A stretch of DNA of 36,507 nucleotides. Origin: Macrostomum lignano. Lineage: Eukaryota. The translations under genes were made by a program, and so were the position numbers. The DNA is taken from positions 1 to 36,507 of the forward strand of contig NIVC01003155.1 in the NCBI GenBank assembly GCA_002269645.1, read 5' to 3'. Positions 1 to 10,400 of this stretch are shown one piece after another. Below the pieces are notes generated by a model. That model worked only from the letters and a program-made list of their open reading frames with translations. It was not told the DNA's origin and did not search any database. Position 1 is the first letter of the stretch. Every line of letters starts with the position of its first letter.

Positions 1-638
1 CAAAAGTTTGTAGTCAAATAAAAATGAGTTTTTTTCCGCTTTCCAGTGACTTCGAACTTGTCTAATTTCAGACATGCATAAAATATATATAGACAGAAGT
101 ATGACTATACTTTTGGACACCCCCATCAAGTGCGCCTATGCAGTGCTTGAGACTCGCTTCACAGCTTGAACCTGCGACTTTTATCAACCGCAAGCAGTTA
201 AGGAAAAATGCTCATATTCTTTAATTAGTAACTATAGTTTATCTTCTTCATTGAATTGTACTGTAGGGCCAAAACAAATAAACAAGATTGGAATCGGATG
301 CGCGTCTGTTTGCGCTGTTCGGCTTTTCAGTTCAATGTATTTCCCTGTCTCTGTAATTCGCCATTTTTTTGTTGCCAGATATTTTAGCTTCTATTTATTT
401 TAGCAAAGTGAGATTACTGCTTACTTAAATAACAATATTGGAAAAATACCTTGAGTACATTTAAAAAGGCTTGAAATTATATCGTGTCTGTGTTTAAAGG
501 CGTATTTATAGAGGGCTTTAGGACGATCTCGGGTGAGCAAAAAAATAAATCAACGTTTTTAAAGTCATTTGTAGTTTAATAATTCAGCAAGTGTACTCTG
601 CGCGCCTCCAACAGGTAGGCGGCTGCGTCAAGCTGCCG

Positions 639-2095
639 TCAGTCTTCATCCAGTTGCCGCCTAAGCTCGGCAACGCCCATCGTGACCATCTGACAGAATT
701 CTGAAATTCATTGGCGGTTAACAATCGCCCTGAAATCAAAACTGTCACGTTACTTAGTAACTCCCAATAAGATGCACCGCTCGCTACTTACCTGAGTAGT
801 CAATCTTTCCGTCCTGATTCTTGTCAACCAGGCGGACCAGCCGGTCGAAGTCGTCGCGCGCGCTCTCCTCTAGTGCCTCGCTGCCAATCTGAAACAGGGC
901 CCGGTACAGCTCGTCATATTCCAGGAAGCCGTTGCCGTTCCTGTCGAACACGCGGAAGCTGTGCAGCAGGTCGTCCTGCACCTGCGCCCGTGGCCTGTAC
1001 GCGCCTGACAACAGCTTGTTGACGTCCGAGAGGCTCAGCTGACTGTCCTCGTCAAAGCCTTGCTCCCCCAGCTGCTGCATCACCGCATCCTGGCAGGCGC
1101 AGTCCTGGCCCAGCGCCTGTACGAACTGGCGCACATTGCGACCCTCGATGTAGCCTCGCTCTTCGGTAATTAGGCGCCAGGACTCGCAGAATTCTGCCCG
1201 ATCCTCAGGCGGAATGTCGGAATCGGCAAATGCTTCCGCAAATTCTTCCGGTACGTCTCCGGCTGGTTCTGCTTCAGCATCGGCTTCAGCTTCAGGCTCC
1301 GCCTTCTCTTCTTCAGCAGCTTCGCCTTCTCCAGCTTCCTCTGCAGTAGCTTCGCCTTCTCCAGCTTCCTCTTCAGCAGCTTCGCCTTCTCCAGCTTCCT
1401 CTTCAACAGCTTCGCCTTCTCCAGCTTCCTCTGCAGCAGCTTCGCCTTCTCCAGCTTCCTCTTCAGCAGCTTCGCCTTTCCAGCTTCCTCTTCAGCAGCT
1501 TCGCCTTCTCCAGCTTCCTCTTCAGCAGCTTCGCCTTCTCCAGCTTCTTCTTCGGCTGCAGCCTCGCCCTCTCCCGTTTCCTCTTCAGCGACTTCGCCTT
1601 TTCCAGCTTCCTCTTCAGCAGCTTCGCCTTCTCCAGCTTCCTCTTCAGCAGCTTCGCCTTCTCCAGCTTCCTCTTCAGCAGCTTCGCCTTCTCCAGCTTC
1701 TTCTTCGGCTGCAGCCTCGCCCTCTCCGTTTCCTCTTTAGCGACTTCTGGCTCGGCCTTCGCTTCGCCTTCTGCCTCTCTTGCTTCTTCATCAGCTTCAC
1801 CGCCTGCCTCCGCCTCTGCGTCGCCTTTGGCGTCATCAGCCTCCCCGCCAGCCTCCGCCTCCGCTTCGTCCGCAGCCTCTGTATCGCCACTGACTTCGGC
1901 CTCCGCCTCGCCGCCCGCTTCTGCCTCTGCCTCTCCGCCAGCCTCCGCCGCTTCTTCACCAGCCTCCGCTTCGTCAGCAGCCTCCGTCTCTGCCTCGCCG
2001 CCCGCTTCTGCCTCCGCCTCACCTGCTCCGGTTTCAACCTCTGCAACTTCCTCCTCCTGCGTCTCCTCCGTGTTCTGGGCCTCGCTCTCTTCCAT
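639..2095 (-). CDS. Calmodulin-like EF-hand protein with a long acidic Glu/Ala/Gly-rich repetitive N-terminus (~455 aa if two 1-nt deletions are repaired)
   Basis: Exon 1 is 2095-792 (ATG at 2095; donor CAG|GTAAGT at 791), followed by a 91-nt intron and exon 2 at 700-639 (TTTCAG acceptor; EFCQMVTMGVAELRRQLDED*). Two canonical EF loops, DRNGNGFLEYDE and DKNQDGKIDYSE, follow a degenerate N-lobe. The frame is broken at ~1727 and ~1478; adding one base at each joins ATG 2095 to the EF-hand frame. Confidence 0.8.
1290..1745 (-). repeat. Coding 30-bp minisatellite encoding (EEEAGEGEAA)n
   Basis: Plus-strand unit ttcagcagcttcgccttctccagcttcctc, repeated about 14 times inside exon 1 of the EF-hand gene. 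Confidence 0.9.
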
Positions 2096-4430
2096 TTTCA
2101 GTGCCGGATGTGTGATTTAAGTTTGGTTCTGCTCTACAGCAGTGATCACTTTGTTTTCACGTTGACGCGCGCTCGGAACAGAAACAGACGCAGCCTTGCG
2201 CTTATTTTTTTTCTGAACCCTGCGCCTAATAAAATACTATTGAATCGTCCAAAGCCTCGGCGACTGTTGCCCGCTATTTTCGGCATTCGGGGTGGGTTGG
2301 GGTAAGAAATAATAAAGGCTCATTCGGCAGGTCTCCCCTCCTCAGCAACACGTATTCTTCTTCTCTCGAATGCTCAGAATGCGGTGCCATTCAGAAGTTT
2401 TGTTTAGCCTCACTATCTCCACTGGTTTGGAGTTTAGGGGGGGGGGTTCCAAAAAATAATGCGCTACCCGCAAGTGCTGAGAGTCAAGTCCCTCAGTGCC
2501 AGGTGAATTCCTATGCAGTTGGTTTTTTAGTTTTACCTGAAATTTAAACTGAAAATATCAATTTGATAGTTCTAGTTTTTATGCTAAAATCGATAACATA
2601 TATTGATTTAATAACATTTAACTAAGCGTCATCTTCATTGGTCCTAAAGACATGCCTGGATTGTTTAGTATATTGCATATTAGTAGCCTTCCCCAGTAAT
2701 GTAAAGCTGTTAATGTAAGCAAAATAGCAAATTTTAATAATTTACCATATATTTTATATTCTTAGTTGTATTTGCTTTTTTTGAACCACCCTAGTTTTCG
2801 TACGTAAAACCTTTTACTAAATGCTCGTCATCATCACAGTATATAGCCTGCCTGACAAAGCATTCATCTTCAACTGCTTCGGCTCTTCTATTTTTTACCT
2901 AGCGCGCATTTTTTCGGTTGCTAGCCAACGCTTGGCTGGCGCCTACTCAAATTCTCAAGCCTCAGCCAGCATAAGCATTTTAACCCATCCAGATCAGGTA
3001 CAGTCAGTGTACCTAGCCTCCACCCGCGCTTTGCCGTCTGTCTGGCTGGGTGGATACAGCTCGGGTGACAACAAGAGATATGGCGGTTAGGAGGCTAGAC
3101 TACTATGTGTTACTGTGTGTCGCTCTGTGTCTACTCATTTGAAATATTTATTGTATAAGAGATGTTCGTCTCGCGAAGCCAGAAAATTTTAGCCATACAC
3201 GAGCGTAGCAAGCTGCATTTGACACAGCAGCAAGTGTCGAAAGGGAAGGGAAGGGAAGGGTTGTTGCAGACAGCCACTTACTTGCCTTGAAGCGCTCACA
3301 AGCTTGTAGTCATTGACAACGGGCTTAGGGTCATTCAAGCCGCCATTAAATGAGAGCAATTTTACGTAAGCGTGATCGCACAGCTTGTACATGCGTGTAT
3401 TTTTTCGTCGCTTTTGTACACAAGTTGTGTGATTTGATCAGGCGATGTGACGAATTGAGAACAAGTCAATTTATAATTTTGAATCATACTGTGGTAGGGG
3501 CAGTAGAAAAGGAGAAGAAAGATCTTTGTGGACTCTCGAGTGTATACCTATTCCTATATAGAGTGTTGATATATGATGTTTTAAATGGGTGTAATAGTAG
3601 TAGTACAAGCTTACATAATTTTATATTTTCGAGAAATAATTTCGAGAAAATCGCCATATACATGAAATGTGCAAAAAATCAAGACAATTACATTCCTTTC
3701 CTAACTGTACTTAACATAAAAGTGTACTTTACAACCTACGTGATCGACATGTGTACATACTTCAATAGTACGCGGGTACATATATACGTAGTGTGTTGAA
3801 TTAAGTCAAATATGTTTAACTTCCAAAAAGCATGTTTCTAAATAATAAATCGCGAAAGGGCATATAGCATTCTTTGATGTTCCACTGCATTAAGTATATG
3901 TTTCAAAAATACGATTCTTCATATAGACCTTCATCAACTGCTATTGCATGTGTTTCCAACATCCAACCTATGCATCTCTCGTTAAACGTTGACGATCTTG
4001 AACAACTATTCGTCAATTTTAACTCAGTAGTTAATGACAGTGAAATAATATTTTTGTAGGCGTTTCCAATCCTTAAAAGGAAACGTTAATAAAAATCTGG
4101 TTAAATGTTTTGCAGGCAGCTGAACGGTGTTGCAACTTTTTTAAACAAATTTATCATTTCCTTGTTCTATATAGCAAATAAAAACACATGCGTTTAATCT
4201 GAAAGTTTTAAATACAATAGTTTTATTACATAATCAAATTAATTAGGCATTATTTTGGAGTTTAATATCGCTCGGTATTTGATAATTTGCGTAAATTTGG
4301 TATGAGTTCAGAGTCCATTTTTAAAGCTTGTTTCGTTGTGTAAATTATTTTATATAACTTTTCGTTATGTTTCATATTTTCAAAATTTGATGCATGAAAG
4401 GAATATCCAGCCTTTTTTATTTTCAATGCC

Positions 4431-7400
4431 ATGTCAGCTGAAACTAAGCAAAATGGTGTTTTAGACCCAAGTGCACAGAGTATCGTATACGAATTTTGTC
4501 ACTTGCTCGAAAAATCGAAACAATTATTTAATGGACTTCGGTAGGTTTTTCCATTAGTTAAAGGAACTCTTTCTTTCCACTTTTCACCTTTCTTTCCTTT
4601 CACCTACTTCATGATATTTAATCTAGTGTGATTTTTTAATTCTAATTTATGTTATTGAGAAATTGTGTTTTTCTAATTTTTAAATATCTTTAAAACTATT
4701 TATCAAGTTATTAATAAAACAAATAAAAATGAAATTGTTGATTAAATAACTTACTACATATTTTAAAGTTATTTAATTTTTTCAAAACCAATAATTTCGA
4801 ATTAAATCATTTGAACTATTTACTTTATAATTTGTTAGGGCTTGTGAATTGAAGAATTGTAGGCAATTTTTTCAGTAAGTTTTATCCAAATTAGTGCTTT
4901 TGAATGCAAATTTTCCATGCTTATTAGTCTTTAATCTCCATAAATATTTTCTCTCCACATTATTCAGCTTGTTAAACCGCAACCTTCTTCATTTTTAACT
5001 ATTCATTTTTTATATTTTGTTTCTGGAAAACAAACATGAAGAGTTATCAAAAAGTTGAAAAATTAAGTTGAGCAACTATAGTTAAACTATAAATAATCAA
5101 AGCAGTACTATTTCAAGTATCTAAAATCTTACTTGATTTGGTAGATGTCTTGAACTTTTAGCTCAAAGCTTATGCATATTAAATGATTTCTATGCTAATA
5201 AAAGTACATAAAAGTACATAGTTACTCGTTGTTTTTAAGGCGTTTTTATAACTTTCAATTTCTACTATTATTTCCTGTACTAAATTTTCATCTTTTTTCT
5301 TTATCTGTGGTATATAACTAATTATTATATAGTACTTATGGCCATACTGTTTAACCAAACCAGAGACCTGCCCCAATACGGACATAAGCAATGGCAGTCG
5401 TACTTTGGCCGGGCTTTCGACGTCTACACGAAGCTGTGGAAATTCCAGCAGCAACACAGGGAGCTGCTGGACGGTGCCTACGGCCTGAAGCGCTGGCAGA
5501 TCGGAGAGATCGCGTCCAAGATTGGGCAGCTCTACTATCACTACTACCTGCGCACCAGCGAGACCAACTATTTGAATGAGTCTTTTGCTTTCTACTCAGC
5601 AATAAGAATGCGAGCCTACTATTCCAAGGCTAACAAGGAAGAGAGGTAGGGATATCTCATGAAGCTGAGGGTTGCGGAGGCAGGCAATAAGGATCAAAAC
5701 ATGAAAGTTTACTGCCGACGAGTTAGGTTAGGGTTATGGTTATGGTTTTAGGTTAGGGTTAGGTTTACAGGTTGAGGTTATCCGAACCTCAGTCGCATAC
5801 CCAAAAGTGACCTGAACCTCTGCTACATACCCAAAAGTGACCTGAACCTCAGTCACATACCCAAAAGTGACCTGAACCTCAGTCACATACCCAAAAGTGA
5901 CCTGAACCTCAGTCACATACCCAAAAGTGACCTGAACCTCAATCACATACCCAAAAGTGACCTGAACCTCAGTCACATACCCAATGGTGACCTGAACCTC
6001 TGCTACATACCCAAAAGTGACCTGAACCTCAGTCACATACCCGAAAGTGACCTGAACCTCAGTCGCATACCCGAAAGTTAGGCTCCAATGGCTCGCGAGT
6101 TGGCGGCTCAGTGCTTCCGCAACCTGAACTTGGTTTTGCACTATTCTGTCTTTAACCCATGGAAATTAGGCCTGTTTTTTACAACTTTCCTTTAGGAAGT
6201 TCCCCGCTTGTTGAGCGACGCAAAATTGAATTGGATTTCCCTAATCTGCAGGCCGGATCTGATGGTGAAGAAGCTGCGCTACTATGCCAGATTTGTTATA
6301 GTCTGCCTGCTGCTCAAAAAGATGAAGCTAGTCCGCGATCTCATTCGCGAGCTAGCGAAACTAATTGACGACTACACGGGCATCTACCAGCCAGCCGACG
6401 CGCTCGAGTGGTCCATGGTACTGCAGGAGATCAAAGCTTTCATGGACGCTGATAGCGCCGTGCAAGTGGTTGAGCACGACTCATCGCCTGTAGTGCTCAC
6501 CCACCGGCTGGGCCCGGCCACCTGCCCGCCCACCGAGCGGAGCCTCTCCGGCGCCAGCCCGCTGCACCTGGCCGAGATACTCATTGTTGGCGATTGCGCT
6601 GATCAGGTGCGAATGTGTGCGGCCACTGGTATTGGTGTCGGGCTGAGGTTGCGGTCACTTTTGGGTATGTGACTGAAGTTCAGGTCACTTTCGGGTATGC
6701 GACTGAGGTTCAGGTCACTTTTGGGTATGCGACTGAGGTTCAGGTCACTTTTGGGTATGTGACTGAGGTTCAGGTCCCTTTCGGGTATGTGACTGAGGTT
6801 CAGGTCACTTTCGGTATGTGACTGAGGTTCAGGTCTCTTTCGGGTATGCGACTGAGGTTCAGGTCACTTTCGGGTATGTGACTGAGGTTCAGGTCACTTT
6901 CGGGTATGTGACTGAGGTTCAGGTCACTTTCTGGTTGGGGTTTCTTATTGGTACCCGATTAAGATTGGGTAGACCTTAGGTATCTGATTGAGTTTGTGGT
7001 GAGCTGGTGGGATCCAGTTCACAACCGGTTGATCATCCCCGCCATCTCGCAGGTGAAGTTCAGCGAGCTGACGCTGGACATGTTCCGGATGCTGCAGACG
7101 CTCGAACTGGAGCCTCAGGAGCTCGGCGCGGCTGGCGTCGGCGCGGGCCTCGGGCTCGGCCTGCGCCTCGGCGGCGGGGCGAGCAGCGTGGCGGGCTCGG
7201 TCTCGTGCGAGGCCAGCCCAGTGAGCAGGCGGCCGCAGCAGCAGCAGCCGATGGAGAACGGCAGCAGGCGGGACAACCCGCACAAGTACCTGCTGTACAA
7301 GCCCGGCACCGCCCAGATGACCATGTTCCTGGCTTCCAGCTTCAAGGAGCTGCCGGCGGACGGTGTCCTGCTGCTGTACATCAGCGCTGACGGGGAGCGC

Positions 7401-10400
7401 TGCCAGCCCAGCCCGAACGGAGGCGATCGTGAGTTCCATGGGTTTTTGCATTGAAGCATGGGAATAAAAAGCATAGTATAGCCTAGCGCTCCTTTAGACC
7501 AGGCACAGTCTAGCCCTACATTTGAATGGCAAAAAATCAATCTAAATCATTAAAAATCATCGACGAAAGCAAAAAGGCGTTCAAATTTCGTCAAACTGGT
7601 TTTTTAAGCCGCTGAAATTACTTACCTACTGTCACTTCGCCCCCCCCCCCAGTTTCCGTTTTCTCAAGTGGCATTTTTCTCCCCAATATCAGCAGTCTGC
7701 ATGGCCCAGTCACAGGGAGTTTATATTTAGCAGGGCGTTTTACAGGCTCGAATATTCACAGGCTCGAATATTCACAGGCTGGAATTTTTACAAACTCGAA
7801 TATTCACAGGCTCGAATATTCACAGGCTCGAATATTCACAGGCTCGAATATTCACAGGCTCGAATATTTACAAACTCGAATATTCACAGGGTCGAATATT
7901 CACAAACTCGAATATTCACAGGCTCGAATATTCACAGGCTCGAATATTCACAAACTCGAACATTCACAGGCTCGAATATTCACAAGGTCGAATATTCACA
8001 GGCTCGAATATTCACAGGCTCGAATATTCACAGGCTCGAATATTCACAAACTCGAACATTCACAGGCTCGAATATTCACAAGGTCGAATATTCGCAGGCT
8101 CGAATATTCACAGGCTCGAATATTCACAAGCTCGAAACTTCATACGAGCCACCGACGAAAATTCTTGCCTGTCGAATTCGAACTTAGAGCTTGACGCGTC
8201 GAGCTTGTGTAATCGTCCCTATCTACCAAGCGATAAGTAGCACACCTGTCCTGATCATTTCCCATGCCGCAGAGGGCTACGAAGACGGCGGCGTCGTCAC
8301 CAACAGTCGGCGCGAGACAGCGGAGACGGAGACAGCATCCGGGCGGCTCAGGAAGCCGCCGCTAGCTGGGCTGAAGAGCCCGCACTGGTGAGTTGAGCGC
8401 AAGCAGTTGTGCTCATTCCGCTGACCTCTGAGCACATGCTCACACGGTGCACAGCGGCTCCGACTTTCTTATTGTTAGCCAGTGTATCTGTGACTGGGAG
8501 TTTGGTCAAGCGATCATCCCATTGTGGCTGGCGATAATGGCGCCCCTTTTCCTTTGGGCTGGCAGTCCCAAATATTATCAATATATAGTGTACGCAGGAC
8601 TTCCATCGCCCTCCGTTTGCTCAGTATGGTGCCCTCTCCTGTTCTAAATCCGCCTCTGATACTGACTCTCATCCTAAGCTATTCATTGCAAGAAGACTAC
8701 CAAATTAAGGGAACTACGGAAATAAAGGCTGCTGGACTTCCTTAGGAAATTCCAACTAGTTAAGAAAAAAAAGTGCGTTAATGGCAATGTATAGTGTCTA
8801 TGCCTATCTCCATCCAATGCAGATGGTCTTTGCCCCATTAAATGCCTGACAGATGGGTTGCTGTGGGGATCGAGAGGCTAGAGAGCGATGCCCCTTCAAC
8901 GCCTCAGCTGAGCACTTCCACCCCAAGAATGTAGCGAGTGTGTAGGGGGGGGGGTGGCTGTGACGCCCTAGAAACTGAAACCGGGCGGCATATTCCCTGG
9001 CGGACTCAGCCGCAGACTCGCTCGTTCGATCACTCGCTTTCCACAACTAAAGCAGCGGACCAGCTGCAGGCTAAAGTGCATACGATGTATTATGCATGCC
9101 TGCCCCCCCCCCCTCGGAAAGGCTGCGGAAGCGGCAGCAGTGGGCGATTTTGTCGAAAGCAAATCCGACGCTTTTTTCCATTCTGTTTGTGTTTCTCCCC
9201 CTCTTGGTCGGGCTGTCAGCCTGGGGGCCGATTGGAGAGAGAGAAGTCGGCACTCTGTGACAGTTCTTAGTGTCTGCTGGGCCAAGTTTCATTGAAATTC
9301 ACGTGTCAATTGTCTTCACGACTCGTCATTGTAAAGATATTTACAAAGAACTTTTAATAGAAAAAGTTCCTAGGGGGTTGTATGTAGCCTAGTGGTTACA
9401 GCCCGGACTCACCGACTTGAAGGTCGGGGGTTCGATTCCCAATCCCACTGGAATAACTTGTGTCTTTGAGCAAGACACTTCACTCTGCATTGCTTCAGTT
9501 CACCCAGCTACTGAGAGTGTGTGTGGCGACCCCCCCCCCCCAGTCCTTGGACTGAACAGCCGTACGCCTTCAGATGCGCCGCGCAATTGCTGCGGCTGAG
9601 CTGTCGGTTGCACATCTGGCCATCAGGGCAGGTGTAAAGTATTATTATTATTATTAGCGACTCCACTGGTAGATTTTTCCAACTGATAAGAGCAGGCATA
9701 TTGCTATGATTTTATTTAACTACAACACGAGCGTAATAAAAAATTGTAACACGATTGCAATGTCGAAAAGCGTGCATTAAACGCTAAAAGCATGCTTAAA
9801 TGGCTCGTGATCGCGTATTGGCTGGAGTCATTTAATGCAAGAGAAATATATACTCGTATAACCGTGTTACAATACTACTCAATACTTGGTTTTGAGTACT
9901 TAAATGTCTAGGTCCCGAGTGCGCGAATCACACAGCCGGCGAGAGGCATTGCTGCCCATTCCGCCGACTCCTCTGAGCAGGCAACACAAGCGCGCGGATA
10001 CGTACGCAGTCATACGCACAGGCACACACTCACACAGGAGTGTACAACGGCCCTAACTTTATTTATCGTTAGGCATGTACACTTCACTGTGCCTTGGGGG
10101 TTGGCTCTTAAGGCCGTTAATTGCACGAGCAGAGCCAAACCGAGATTCCAATTTAGCCCAAAATTAATGCGACTGCACTTGGAATCGAGCCTGGGCCGCT
10201 GGCACATCAGAGCGCCGCGCCAGACCACTGGGCTACAAACTTTCTACCAGTAAAATTATTATCGTGAATCTAACTGGGAAGCAACTAGTCGAATTTATAC
10301 GAGTTTACGAGTATGAAATACGGGTTGTCTGTAAGATTGGTGATGCTTTCGAAATTTGGTTGTAAATTTTTGTTTTATTTGTAGTCAGGAGGAGTCAAGC

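Noticed and set aside
1214-2305. 363-aa plus-strand ORF (Ser/Ala then Leu/Gln rich)
   Set aside because: It is the antisense shadow of the EF-hand gene's coding repeat and has no independent support.
2844-3097. Possible MITE with TAGCCT(G/C)C ... GGAGGCTA ends
   Set aside because: The inverted repeat is only about 8 bp with a mismatch, no TSD was found, and there is no second copy in the window.
9373-9450. tRNA gene
   Set aside because: It has A and B boxes but no convincing cloverleaf or acceptor stem, and it continues into a SINE body and tail.
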